Below are positions 1 through 9,859 of a stretch of 64,000 nt of DNA, piece after piece. Source of the DNA: Gemmatimonadales bacterium (lineage in GTDB: Bacteria; Gemmatimonadota; Gemmatimonadetes; Gemmatimonadales; GWC2-71-9); the NCBI GenBank assembly GCA_039794085.1, contig JBDIWC010000004.1, positions 32,001 to 96,000 of the forward strand, written 5' to 3'. Numbering within the stretch: the stretch's first letter is position 1; each line of letters starts with the position of its first letter. The translations under genes and the position numbers were made by a program. The notes beneath the pieces are model-generated. The model did not search any database. It saw only the letters and a program-made list of their open reading frames with translations, and was not told where the DNA came from.

Positions 1-111
1 CGGATCGCCTCGACCGACACCTTCGTGGCCTACGCGCCGGAATTGGAGGATGTCATTCTGCCGCAGGTTGGCACCATCCGTGCAGCAATGGAGGATGTGC
101 TTCAATTCTGA
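1..111 (+). CDS. C-terminus (partial) of 2-oxoacid dehydrogenase E1 beta / transketolase C-terminal domain
   Basis: Frame 1 reads RIASTDTFVAYAPELEDVILPQ...VLQF*, a typical E1-beta C-terminus; TGA at 109-111. Confidence 0.8.
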   Translation, partial: RIASTDTFVAYAPELEDVILPQVGTIRAAMEDVLQF

Positions 112-254
112 GGATGGCCGAGGCGATCCGCCGGTGCCCCCGTTGCCTTTTGCGTGGGTTCTTGCGTTGTCCCGTAATTGAAGGAATCCACCCCTCCGCT
201 GGGGCCGAGTCCGGTGTCGGCCCCACCGCTGAGGTCTACCTGTGGGAGCGGCGA

Positions 255-1256
255 ATGGCTCGCATCTTCGTGGCGGATGACAATCCCCAGGTGGCCGACA
301 TCCTCTCCCGGATGCTGCAACGGGAGGGGCATGCGATCGAGGCCTATTCCGATGGCGCCTCCCTTCTCGCCCGGATCGGGGCCGACCAGCCTGATCTGTT
401 CATCCTCGATGTGGTCATGCCGGGGATCGGGGGCTTCGAGGTCTGCACTCGTCTCAAGGCCGACCCCGCCACACGCCTTGTCCCCGTGGTTCTGGTCACC
501 GGCCTGGGGGACTCCGAGAGCCGGCTCCAGGGTATCGAGGCCGGGGCGGATGATTTCCTCACCAAGCCGTTTGATCGTTCCGAGCTCCTGGCACGGGTGC
601 GGTCCCTGCTCCGGCTCAAGTCGTACACCGACGAGCTCGATCGGGCCGAGTCGGTCCTCTTCGCCCTGGCGCGGAGCATCGAGGCGCGGGATCCCTACAC
701 GGGGGGCCACTGCGAGCGGCTCGCCACCTTCGGCCGCGCGCTGGGACAGCGCCTGGGGCTCCCGGAGAGCGCGTTGGTCGCGATCGAACGGGCGGGTACC
801 GTGCATGACATCGGCAAGATCGCGATTCCCGATCGGATTCTTCTCAAGGCGGGTCCGCTGGAGGAGGACGAATGGATCCTCATGCGGCAACACACGGTCA
901 CCGGCGAGAAGATCTGCGCTCCGGTTCGATCGTTCCGCGAGGTGCTTCCGATCATCCGCTCTCATCACGAACGACTGGATGGCTCCGGCTATCCGGATGG
1001 TCTGGCGGGAGAACAGATCCCGATCACCGCCCGGGTGTTGCAGGTGGTGGACGTGTTCGATGCCCTGACCACGGAACGACCGTACAAGCGGGCCATGCCG
1101 CTGGAACAGGCGATGGGTGTGCTTCGCGAGGAGATGGCCCGGGGCTGGTGGGACCGGGAGGTACTGGGGGCGTTTGAGCACCTGATGGGGGAACGCGAGG
1201 ATCTTCGCCGCCTGGTGCCGCGGACGGACGGATCGAATCGGGTGGCCGGGGCGTAG
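255..1256 (+). CDS. REC-HD-GYP response regulator (c-di-GMP phosphodiesterase, RpfG-like)
   Basis: ADD...DVVMP receiver domain; HDIGK, HHERLDGSGYP and RPYK motifs; ATG at 255. Confidence 0.92.
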   Translation: MARIFVADDNPQVADILSRMLQREGHAIEAYSDGASLLARIGADQPDLFILDVVMPGIGGFEVCTRLKADPATRLVPVVLVTGLGDSESRLQGIEAGADDFLTKPFDRSELLARVRSLLRLKSYTDELDRAESVLFALARSIEARDPYTGGHCERLATFGRALGQRLGLPESALVAIERAGTVHDIGKIAIPDRILLKAGPLEEDEWILMRQHTVTGEKICAPVRSFREVLPIIRSHHERLDGSGYPDGLAGEQIPITARVLQVVDVFDALTTERPYKRAMPLEQAMGVLREEMARGWWDREVLGAFEHLMGEREDLRRLVPRTDGSNRVAGA

Positions 1257-1293
1257 AAGGAGCCTGTCTCCCCGGGTGGTGTGCGCGCGGAAC

Positions 1294-2073
1294 CTACCGG
1301 GTGCGGCGCGGGCCGAATGCGGTGAGGTCGAGCGCGTCCAGGCTCACCGGATCCACGGTCACCCTTCCATAGCGGGCAATCCAGTGCAGGTGAGGTCCGG
1401 TGACCCGGCCCGTGGCCCCGACCCGTCCTATCGGCGTGCCGGTCTCCACGGTATCCCCCTCGGCAACCAGGATCCGGCTGAGGTGCAGATACGCGGTGAC
1501 CACTCCGGCTCCGTGATTCAGATAGACCACGTTGCCCCCGTACCAGGTGGAGTCCACGAGCGCCACCGCGGCGCGGTTCGGGGCCACCACGAGCGCCCCC
1601 GGGTTACCGGCCAGATCGGTGCCCAGGTGGCGGCTCCGGATCTCACCGTTGAATTCGCGCCCCGTGCCGAATGCGCTGGTGATGCGTGTGGGACGTGGAC
1701 GAGCAAAGGGCCCCTCCCAGAGGCGCCGTGTGGTCAGGGCCTCGTCCGAGATGCGCATGGCACGGGCGTACTCGGCGGCGACGCGAGCGGCCAGGGCATG
1801 CCAGCGGCCGTCGCCATCGGATTCGAATCGCACGGCCTGCCCGGCGAGGGTTCCGGTGATGCGGATCAGCGTGGTGACACCCCGCTCTCGCACGACCATC
1901 TGAACGAAGCGTCCCTCCACCGGTTCTTCCGGGATGAGTTCGATGGCCCACGGTCCGATGCGCCCGGTGGGGGGGCCAGGCACCGGAAGGGGGACCATCA
2001 GGAGGACGAGTGACACGCCGAGGCATGGCCGGAAACGACGGATCAGGTCATCTTTGGCGCTCACGGGTTCCAT
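1294..2073 (-). CDS. M23 family metallopeptidase
   Basis: HLGTD (HxxxD), YLHL and TGPHLHW motifs; start uncertain. Confidence 0.85.
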   Translation of the reverse strand: MEPVSAKDDLIRRFRPCLGVSLVLLMVPLPVPGPPTGRIGPWAIELIPEEPVEGRFVQMVVRERGVTTLIRITGTLAGQAVRFESDGDGRWHALAARVAAEYARAMRISDEALTTRRLWEGPFARPRPTRITSAFGTGREFNGEIRSRHLGTDLAGNPGALVVAPNRAAVALVDSTWYGGNVVYLNHGAGVVTAYLHLSRILVAEGDTVETGTPIGRVGATGRVTGPHLHWIARYGRVTVDPVSLDALDLTAFGPRRTR

Positions 2074-2115
2074 CCACGGTACGCGACATCGCCACGGGAA
2101 GAGAGGAATGCCTCC

Positions 2116-3543
2116 ATGACATCCCAAGATACTCGCAGACGGTACGGGAGGCTCCCCCTCCTGGTCTTCACTCTCCTGTGGCTCGGGGAGGGTTCCGCGA
2201 TGGCTCAGGGTACCCGCAGTCCCTGGGATTCTCTGGCGCGGAGTCTCCTCCGGGAACTGGTGGAGATCAACACGACCGAAAGCTCGGGGAGCACGCTCGC
2301 CGCCTCCCGCGCCATGGCGGAGCGGCTGGTGGCGGCTGGTTTCCCCGCGGGTGATGTCACCGTGGTGCCGCAGGGAAACCGGAAGGGGAACCTGGTGGTC
2401 CGCTACCGGGGACGGAACACCGGAAGGCGTCCCCTGCTTCTGCTGTCCCACCTCGACGTGGTGGAGGCGAATCCGGCGGATTGGACTCTGCCGCCCTTCG
2501 AGCTCGTGGAGCGGGAGGGCACGTTCTATGGCCGCGGGGTGGCGGATGACAAGGACGAGGGCGCCATTCACCTCGCGCTGCTGCTGCGGCTGCGCGCAGA
2601 GGGGTTCGTCCCCGACCGGGACATCATCGTGGCCCTCACCACCGATGAGGAAGGCGGACCCGACAACGGAGTGCAGTACCTGCTCGAACACCACAAGGCG
2701 TTGATCGATGCGGAGTTCGCCTTCAATGAAGGGGGTGGGGGGGATGTGCGCGACGGCAAACGCATCGCCAACGGAGTGCAGGCCAGCGAGAAGATGTTCC
2801 AGAACTTTCTCCTCGAGGTCACCAACCCCGGAGGGCACAGCTCCCAACCGGTGCCCGAGAACGCCATCACCCGGCTGTCCGCCGCCCTGGTCCGCCTCGG
2901 AGCGCACACCTTTCCGGTCCGGCTCAATCCCGTCACCACGGCCTTTTTTGAGCGCTCGGCGCCGTTGGTGGAGCCGGAGGTCGGCGCGGCCATGCGGACG
3001 CTGGTGGTCCGCCCGGACGACGCGGCTGCCGCCCGGGTCCTCACCGTCGACAAGGCGTACAATGCCCTTCTCCGCACGACCTGTGTGGCCACGCTGGTGG
3101 ACGCGGGCCATGCCGCGAACGCCCTGCCTCAGCGCGCCCGGGCGACGGTGAACTGCCGGATCCTGCCGGATGGGTCGGCCTCGAATGTCCGGAGAACACT
3201 CGTGGACGTGATCGCGGATTCCGCGGTGACGATCACGCCGATCGGGACGGCGGTGGAAAGCCCTCCCTCACCCTTGGCACCCGATCTGGTCGCGACGTTC
3301 GAGCGGGTGACGACGTCACTCTGGCCCGGGGTGCCCGTGGTTCCGAAGATGAGCACCGGAGCCACCGACGGGCTCTACCTCCGGAACGCCGGGATTCCAG
3401 TCTATGGGGTCTCCGGGCTCTTCTACCCGGACACGGGTGCCCATGGAATGAATGAGCGGATTCCGGTCCAGGCGTTCTATGACGGACTCGAGTTCATGTA
3501 CCGCCTGGTCAGGGCGGTGACCAGCGGACACCTCGGGGCCTGA
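2116..3543 (+). CDS. Secreted M20/M25/M40 family metallohydrolase
   Basis: Signal peptide; SHLDVV, GRGVADDK, DEE, GGHSS and HGMNE motifs. Confidence 0.92.
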   Translation: MTSQDTRRRYGRLPLLVFTLLWLGEGSAMAQGTRSPWDSLARSLLRELVEINTTESSGSTLAASRAMAERLVAAGFPAGDVTVVPQGNRKGNLVVRYRGRNTGRRPLLLLSHLDVVEANPADWTLPPFELVEREGTFYGRGVADDKDEGAIHLALLLRLRAEGFVPDRDIIVALTTDEEGGPDNGVQYLLEHHKALIDAEFAFNEGGGGDVRDGKRIANGVQASEKMFQNFLLEVTNPGGHSSQPVPENAITRLSAALVRLGAHTFPVRLNPVTTAFFERSAPLVEPEVGAAMRTLVVRPDDAAAARVLTVDKAYNALLRTTCVATLVDAGHAANALPQRARATVNCRILPDGSASNVRRTLVDVIADSAVTITPIGTAVESPPSPLAPDLVATFERVTTSLWPGVPVVPKMSTGATDGLYLRNAGIPVYGVSGLFYPDTGAHGMNERIPVQAFYDGLEFMYRLVRAVTSGHLGA

Positions 3544-3581
3544 CCCGCCCCCGTCCACATTTCACAGCAGAAGAGACTCGA

Positions 3582-3851
3582 GTGCCAGGAGATCACGTGC
3601 CCACCACCGCGACCGGGATGTTGCAGATCGCGTCTCAGCGCACCGTTGTCCGCCGAGCGCTTCGATACGGCGTGATCGTCGGAGCGTTGTTGATCGGCAT
3701 CAACCATGGCGGGGCCCTCCTGTCCGAAACGGTGACGACGGGGCGGATGGTCCAGATGGCCCTGACAGTTGTCGTGCCGTACCTGGTGTCCACCCTGTCG
3801 AGCGTGGAATCGGTGTTGGAGCAGAGAAAGAGGGAGAAATGTGACGTGTGA
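3582..3851 (+). CDS. Small 2-TM membrane protein, NrtS-like
   Basis: VGALLIGINHG and LTVVVPYLVST match the NrtS family pattern; start may be ATG 3618. Confidence 0.65.
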   Translation: MPGDHVPTTATGMLQIASQRTVVRRALRYGVIVGALLIGINHGGALLSETVTTGRMVQMALTVVVPYLVSTLSSVESVLEQRKREKCDV

Positions 3852-3871
3852 AGTGTCGGTCGGTTGCCTGA

Positions 3872-3895
3872 CTACCGCCTACCGCCTACCGCCTA
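3872..3895 (-). repeat. Heptamer tandem array (GCGGTAG)n overlapping the methyltransferase stop codon
   Basis: ctaccgc x3 + cta on the + strand. Confidence 0.85.
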
Positions 3896-4699
3896 TTCCC
3901 TGGCCTTCCTGCATACCATGAGCTCCGTGCTCGGGCTTTCCCGCATCCGGTGGACGAGGCGTTTTTCCAGCGGATAGAGAACGGCACCGAGCGCGCCCCC
4001 GGCGTGATCGCTGAGGGCCGCGGGAGTGACCATGGCGGTCCAGGCCCACCGGGCGAGGCGTGAGGTGGTGTCGGCGGGATAGTTCATGAGGACGAACATC
4101 GGCACCCGGGAGACGATCTCGAACCCCGCTTCCCGGACCTGGCGTTCACTCTCGGCCAGCGACCGGCTGACCTGGTGCCGGACCCGCTCGGTGCCGTGCC
4201 GGAGAAAGTTGTCGGACCAGAGGAACCACCCCCCCGGCTCCAGCAGGGCTGCGATGTTCCGGAAGGACCGGGCCCATGCCTCGTCGTCCACGATATGGAA
4301 AAGGACGTCGAAGGCCGAGATGGCCGTGAAGGGCCCGAGACCGTCCGGGAGGGGGAGGTCGGTTCCGATGTCGAGCTGAACGAACGGGTGCTCAGGCCAG
4401 CGGGCGCGGAGCCGGGAAATGGCGATCTCGGTGAGGTCTGCACCGGCGATCCGGGGGACGCCCATCTGCTGCCAGCGCTCGACATAGAATCCCGTCCCGG
4501 CTCCGATGTCCAGCACCGACGCGGTGCTCCAGTCCACGTCAAGGCTCGAGGCCACCCGATCAAACACCTCGCCGCGGATCCGGTACATCCAGGAGTTGAA
4601 CCGCCGGCCCAGGCGAAGGTAGCCAACCCCGGCGAGGGAGTACTCCTCGTGAAGCCGCGCCTCCCAGTACGCCTGGTGGGCGAAGCCCGTGTCGGTCAA
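3893..4699 (-). CDS. Class I SAM-dependent methyltransferase
   Basis: VLDIGAGTG motif I, FDVLFHI; TTG start overlaps the kinase stop (TTGA). Confidence 0.88.
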   Translation of the reverse strand: MTDTGFAHQAYWEARLHEEYSLAGVGYLRLGRRFNSWMYRIRGEVFDRVASSLDVDWSTASVLDIGAGTGFYVERWQQMGVPRIAGADLTEIAISRLRARWPEHPFVQLDIGTDLPLPDGLGPFTAISAFDVLFHIVDDEAWARSFRNIAALLEPGGWFLWSDNFLRHGTERVRHQVSRSLAESERQVREAGFEIVSRVPMFVLMNYPADTTSRLARWAWTAMVTPAALSDHAGGALGAVLYPLEKRLVHRMRESPSTELMVCRKARE

Positions 4700-6615
4700 C
4701 CAATCGCCTCTCTGATTTCCTTGGCGGCGGCGAGCTTGAACTCGATGTCGCGGGACAGGGCGCGGGCCTGCTGGGTCACCTGGGTCAGGTCTCCGATCGC
4801 GGCGCTGATCCCCTGGGTCTTGAGTCGCATCAGGTCGACCCGCATGTTCTGCATGGCGAGCAGGTGGGACTCGAAGCTCCCCAGCACCCGGGCCCGCTTG
4901 TCGTTGGCTTCGGCGTAGGCGGCCTTCTGCTTGTCGAGCATGGCGAGCTGCCGGTCCCGTTCCTCTCCCGCCGGCAGGGACCGCACCCCCTCGATGCGCT
5001 GCTCGATCCGGGCGATGCCCGTCTCACCCAGGCTCGAATCCAGGGAGTGGAGCATGCGAGCGAGGTCGAGACACCGCTCGTAAAGAGCGTTCGTCGTCTG
5101 CTCCACTTCGGGGAGTTGCTCCCGTTCCTCGGGGCGGAGGGCATCCAGAATCTGGAGAATTCCCTTGCGGTCGGCCCACGCCTGATGCACGGCTCCATGG
5201 TGGGCGCCAAACTCCGCCTTCTTCGGGGCGATCAGGGGGACGGTGGCGGCGCTCCCGGGCGCGCGGATCGCGTCGGGAGCCGGGGGGCGGTTCAGGACGT
5301 CACGCCAGCTGTACCCCGATTGCCAAAGGGTCGCATAGTTCTTGAGCAGCGGGATCGCCATGAATCCGCCGACCAGCAGGAACCAGGGACTGTCCACCCC
5401 CGTGGCCACGTTGACCATGAAGAAACCACCGGTCACCGCTGCCCAGCGGGCGAACTGGGCGCGGACACGCTGCACGATCGCCGGTTCACCGGTGTCACGG
5501 ACCAAGGCCGCCTCCGGCTCGCTCCGGTTGGCGCGAACCCACTCGCCTCTCTCGTTGCGAACCCACTTTCCTCCGGCCAGGGAACCGGTCCCCCGGGGGC
5601 GCTCCGCGGGGCGTTGGCCGGTGTCGGCTCGTCTCGCGGGCACCCTCCGCTCCCGACCCGGGAGGGTGCGGCCACGGGAGCCGGTCTCCCGGGCGAGACC
5701 GCTCCGGCGGCTTGTGGCGGTCGGGATCCCCGGGCTGGTGGGACGGTATCCGGTGACGGTGCGGCTCTCCAGAGATCGCCGGAGTGCATCGGCGGTGGGC
5801 CACCGGTTCTCCGGATCCTTTTCCAGGCATCGGCTCACGGCGAGGCTCAGGTCCTCGGGGCAATCGCGATGCGTGTCGTGCACCAGCGGCGCCACTTCCG
5901 TGATCTGCTTCATGAGGATACCGGCCACCGTGGGGGCCTTGAACGGAACCTCCCCCGTCAGCATCTGGTAACTGACGATGCCGAGACTGTAGATGTCACT
6001 CCGTCCGTCGATCTCGCGTTCGCCCGCGGCCTGCTCGGGGCTCATGTAGGTCGGGGTTCCGATCGCGACACCTGCTCCCGTCAGGGTGGCGCCGGAGGTG
6101 GCGGAGAGCGCCTTGGCGATACCGAAGTCGGTCACCATCACCCGTCCCCGGGTTCCCTCCAGGAGGATGTTGTCGGGCTTGATGTCCCGGTGAATGACCG
6201 AGAGGGAGTGTGCCGTGGCCAGAGCATCCGCGGTTTCGCGCATGATCCGGCGCGCCTCCTCGGGGGGAAGCTTTCCCCTCCGGCGAATGCGCGCTCCCAG
6301 AGACTCCCCCTCCACCAGACCCATCACGAAATAGACGAGCCCTTGCCCCTCGCCCACGTCGTGGATCGGCACGATGTGGGGGTGGGAGAGGCGGGCAGCC
6401 GTCTGCGCCTCCCGGGTGAACCGTTCCCGGATCTCTTTCTGGAACGCGAGTTCGGGGGGAAGGACCTTGATGGCCACTCGCCGGTGCAGGCGCTCGTCCC
6501 GGGCGCGGAAAACCACCCCCATCCCACCGCGGCCGATTTCGCCCTCGATGGTGTAGGAGTCACCCAGCGCTTCCTTCAACCGCTGGGGCAGTGATTTTTC
6601 GGGCTGTTCGCTCAT
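4696..6615 (-). CDS. Hanks-type Ser/Thr protein kinase with 2 TM segments and a C-terminal coiled coil
   Basis: GRGGMG, VAIK, HRDIKPDN, DFG, GTPTYMSPE; hydrophobic hairpin; heptad-rich C-terminus. Confidence 0.95.
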   Translation of the reverse strand: MSEQPEKSLPQRLKEALGDSYTIEGEIGRGGMGVVFRARDERLHRRVAIKVLPPELAFQKEIRERFTREAQTAARLSHPHIVPIHDVGEGQGLVYFVMGLVEGESLGARIRRRGKLPPEEARRIMRETADALATAHSLSVIHRDIKPDNILLEGTRGRVMVTDFGIAKALSATSGATLTGAGVAIGTPTYMSPEQAAGEREIDGRSDIYSLGIVSYQMLTGEVPFKAPTVAGILMKQITEVAPLVHDTHRDCPEDLSLAVSRCLEKDPENRWPTADALRRSLESRTVTGYRPTSPGIPTATSRRSGLARETGSRGRTLPGRERRVPARRADTGQRPAERPRGTGSLAGGKWVRNERGEWVRANRSEPEAALVRDTGEPAIVQRVRAQFARWAAVTGGFFMVNVATGVDSPWFLLVGGFMAIPLLKNYATLWQSGYSWRDVLNRPPAPDAIRAPGSAATVPLIAPKKAEFGAHHGAVHQAWADRKGILQILDALRPEEREQLPEVEQTTNALYERCLDLARMLHSLDSSLGETGIARIEQRIEGVRSLPAGEERDRQLAMLDKQKAAYAEANDKRARVLGSFESHLLAMQNMRVDLMRLKTQGISAAIGDLTQVTQQARALSRDIEFKLAAAKEIREAIG

Positions 6616-6979
6616 TCCTGGGCTCACCGGCATGCCGACGGGAAGACAACAAGGGAACATGACAATTTGGGACATTCCAGGACTCGAGGCAACTCCGACT
6701 CTCTGGAATGCGGGCAACGCGTGGATTCACGACCCAGTCGACCCCCTGGTACGGAAGAGCGCGAGATGTCCCGCCATTTTGGCGGAGGCTCCCGGAGGTC
6801 CGGTTCCATTGCTTCACTCGATGGCCGATAATCGAGTATTATGATGACACCCAAGATACGGTTGCGCAATGACTTGCGTCCTCACTCGCCAAGTCGTGGC
6901 ATGGCCGATGCACTCGGGTGATGGAACGCCCGGTCTGACGCCGGACTGATCCCGCCGAGCGGGGAATGGAGAATCGTAC

Positions 6980-9535
6980 ATGAGCCCAACCCAGACGCTG
7001 CCGGTCTTGCCCTTGCGAGAGGTGGTCCTCTTCCCCGGTATCACCTCCACGATCGGTGCCGGACGGGCCGGGACATTGAAGGCAATCGAGGTGGCGCTCG
7101 CGTCGGAGGAGAAGCTGGTCTTCGCCGTGACCCAGAGGGAGAACACGGAGAGCATCCAGCCGGAGGGCCTGTATACGGTGGGGACGATCGCCCGGATCGG
7201 GCAGCTGCAGCGGGGGCTGTCCGGCATGCAGCTGTTGCTCCACGGGGAAGCCCGCGGTGTCGCGTTGCGTTATGACGAAGAGGATGGGCACCTGCGGGCG
7301 GTGGTCCGGGTGGCCGACGAGATTCCCCCGACCGATGCGAACGATCCGGGATTTGTGGCGCTGACTCGGGAGGTCCGCGAACGGGCCGCCGAATTGGGAC
7401 AGAAGTCGGGCCTCCCGGAGGAGGTGGTGCGGCAGGTGTTGGGCAACGTGGCCGAGCCGGGCCGATTCGCCGATCTGGTGGCGGGATACATCGATCTCTC
7501 CTCGGTGGAACGACAGGCTCTCCTGGAAATGGTGGCGGTGGAGGAGCGCCTGCGGCGCGTTCTGGTCCATGTGCAGCGGCAGGTCTCGGTTCTCGACGCT
7601 CAGGAAGACATCAAGAGCCAGGTCCAGGAGGAACTCGGGGAACGGCAACGCGAGATCTTCCTGCGGGAACAGCTCAAGACCATCCGGCGCGAACTGGGAG
7701 AAGGGGACGATACCGACGATCTCGAGGAGTTGCGGATCCGTTTGGAGGAACTGGAGCTTCCCCCGGCGGTCCGCAAGGAAGTCGATCGGGAGATGGGGCG
7801 CCTCACCCGGATCGGCCGGGAGTCGATGGAGTCGCAGGTGATCCGGAACTATCTCGAAACGATCGTGGAGCTCCCCTGGAACGTCCGAACCAAGGACCAT
7901 CTGAGCATTCCGGCGGCGGCCACGATCCTGGAGGAGGACCATTACGCACTGGGGGACGTGAAGGACCGGGTCCTGGAATTCCTGGCAGTGCGGCAGCTTC
8001 GAGGCCGGCGGCAGGAGGAGGCACGAGCGGTATCGGACGCGGAGCGTGCGAGCTCCGAGGGTCTGTCGGGAGCCACGGCGGATCCGGTGGAGGAGGGACC
8101 GGATGTCGCCGGTGATACGGTGCCGGAGGGAGGCACCCGGGCTCCGTCCTTGGCGGGGAACGAAGATGACCGGGCCAAGGGATCGATTCTCCTCTTCGTG
8201 GGGCCTCCCGGAGTCGGGAAAACGTCGGTGGCCAAGTCGATTGCCCGGGCGATGGGGCGCGAGTACGTGCGGGTGTCCCTCGGAGGGGCCCGGGACGAAG
8301 CGGACATCCGGGGTCATCGCCGGACCTATGTGGGGGCCATGCCGGGGCGGATCCTTCAGGGGTTGAAGCAGGCGGGAACCAAGAACCCCGTCTTCCTGCT
8401 GGATGAGGTGGACAAGCTTGGCGTCTCGTTCCAGGGCGATCCCGCCAGTGCCTTGCTCGAGGTGCTCGATCCGGGACAGAACGACTCGTTCACGGACCAT
8501 TACCTGGGTGTGCCGTTCGACCTGAGCGAGGTTCTGTTCATCGCCACGGCCAACCTGCTTCAGCAGATTCCCGCCCCGTTGCTCGATCGAATGGAGGTCG
8601 TCGAGTTCACCGGGTACACCGAGCGGGAGAAGCAGGTGATTGCCCGGAAATATCTCCTGCCCCGTCAGTTGGAGGAGAACGGGCTCCGCGAGGAGGAACT
8701 CACGCTGACCGATGAGGCCCTTGCCGAGGTCATCACCGGCTACACCCGGGAGTCCGGAGTGCGGCAACTGGAGCGGGAACTCGGCAAGCTGGCGCGGAAG
8801 GTGGCTCGCAAGGTGGCCGCGGATGAAGCCGCTCCCATGGTGGTGGATCGGGAGGAGGTGGAACGCCTCCTGGGCCGGCCCAAGGTCCATCCGGAGAAGG
8901 CGCTTGGGGAGGACGACGTGGGGGTGGCCACCGGGATGTACTACACGCCGGTGGGGGGGGACATCATGTTCGTGGAGGCCAGCACGATGCCCGGCAAGGG
9001 AGACCTGATTCTGACCGGCCAACTGGGTGACGTCATGAAGGAGTCCGCGCGGGCAGCGCTGACCTACGCACGGTCCCACGCGGCGGCGCTCCGAATCCCC
9101 GAGGAGATGTTCCAGCGGGACATTCACATCCACGTGCCCGCCGGGGCCATCCCCAAGGACGGTCCCTCCGCGGGCGTCACGATGGCCACAGCACTGGTCT
9201 CAGCGCTGTCGGGTCGGCCGACCCGGCATGACATCGCCATGACGGGGGAACTGACCCTGCGAGGCCGGGTGCTCCCGATCGGGGGGTTGAAGGAGAAGGT
9301 GCTGGGTGCCATCCGGGCCGGGATCACGCGGGTTCTCATTCCCGCGGACAATGAACCCGATCTGAAGGATCTGAACGAGGAGGCCCGGAAGAAGGTGGAG
9401 GTGTTCCCCGTCTCCACGCTCGGCGAGGTTCTGGCGCTGACTCTTCGAGGGGCCTCGTTCCGGGAAGGACGCCTGCTCTTTGGCAACGACGATCCCCGGG
9501 ACGTGGCCCCGTTGCGGGCGGGGTACCATCATTGA
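6980..9535 (+). CDS. lon: ATP-dependent Lon protease
   Basis: LPLR N-domain, [23 protein letters not shown] catalytic Ser, GGLKEK Lys. Confidence 0.97.
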   Translation: MSPTQTLPVLPLREVVLFPGITSTIGAGRAGTLKAIEVALASEEKLVFAVTQRENTESIQPEGLYTVGTIARIGQLQRGLSGMQLLLHGEARGVALRYDEEDGHLRAVVRVADEIPPTDANDPGFVALTREVRERAAELGQKSGLPEEVVRQVLGNVAEPGRFADLVAGYIDLSSVERQALLEMVAVEERLRRVLVHVQRQVSVLDAQEDIKSQVQEELGERQREIFLREQLKTIRRELGEGDDTDDLEELRIRLEELELPPAVRKEVDREMGRLTRIGRESMESQVIRNYLETIVELPWNVRTKDHLSIPAAATILEEDHYALGDVKDRVLEFLAVRQLRGRRQEEARAVSDAERASSEGLSGATADPVEEGPDVAGDTVPEGGTRAPSLAGNEDDRAKGSILLFVGPPGVGKTSVAKSIARAMGREYVRVSLGGARDEADIRGHRRTYVGAMPGRILQGLKQAGTKNPVFLLDEVDKLGVSFQGDPASALLEVLDPGQNDSFTDHYLGVPFDLSEVLFIATANLLQQIPAPLLDRMEVVEFTGYTEREKQVIARKYLLPRQLEENGLREEELTLTDEALAEVITGYTRESGVRQLERELGKLARKVARKVAADEAAPMVVDREEVERLLGRPKVHPEKALGEDDVGVATGMYYTPVGGDIMFVEASTMPGKGDLILTGQLGDVMKESARAALTYARSHAAALRIPEEMFQRDIHIHVPAGAIPKDGPSAGVTMATALVSALSGRPTRHDIAMTGELTLRGRVLPIGGLKEKVLGAIRAGITRVLIPADNEPDLKDLNEEARKKVEVFPVSTLGEVLALTLRGASFREGRLLFGNDDPRDVAPLRAGYHH

Positions 9536-9620
9536 AGGACGTAGGACGCAGGACATAGGACATAGGACATAGGACATGGGACGCAGGACAGAGGTAGGAC
9601 AGAGAACCCAGGACGGAGCA
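9536..9620 (+). repeat. Heptamer tandem array (AGGACAT/AGGACGY)n directly after the lon stop
   Basis: aggacgt aggacgc aggacat x4 gggacgc aggacag..., degenerating distally. Confidence 0.92.
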
Positions 9621-9717
9621 CATCGGGACTGGAGAACTGGGTGTTGGGGAATTCTGATGACCGTCATCCCGTGCGTCCACGGGTACCGTGAGCATGCACG
9701 CGGATTCCAACCGTCTC

Positions 9718-9747
9718 AGATCCCTCGGGCGTTGCCCTCGGGATGAC
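9718..9747 (-). repeat. REP-like palindromic element (GTCATCCCGAG...CGAGGGATCT family), copy 1
   Basis: Reverse complement matches 54591-54620 at 29/30 nt; partial inverted partner cgtcatccc at 9662-9670. Confidence 0.85.
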
Positions 9748-9777
9748 GATGGTGCCAACTCTGTCCTCCGCTTTTAG

Positions 9778-9859
9778 GTCCTATGTCCTATGTCCTATGT
9801 CCTATAATGTCCTATGCCCTATTCTGTCTTATGTCCTCTGTCCTCTGCCCTGTTCCCTA
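9778..9859 (-). repeat. Heptamer tandem array (ATAGGAC)n after the GGDEF gene stop; inverted partner of 9536-9620
   Basis: gtcctat x4 plus degenerate units on the + strand. Confidence 0.9.

Noticed and set aside
6816..6837. Inverted repeat ACTCGAT-N8-ATCGAGT upstream of lon as a heat-shock operator
   Set aside because: Matches neither CIRCE nor HAIR; a single 7-bp repeat is insufficient
6839..9133. Long antisense or alternate-frame ORFs (e.g. 6839-9133, 19150-21696, 25270-27453, 52284-55559, 60950-63319)
   Set aside because: Shadows of real genes caused by high GC3; no motifs, R/G/P/H-rich composition
9536..9859. Heptamer arrays as CRISPR, or as MSYVLCP-repeat proteins
   Set aside because: No unique spacers or cas genes; the peptide repeats are just translations of a 7-nt period
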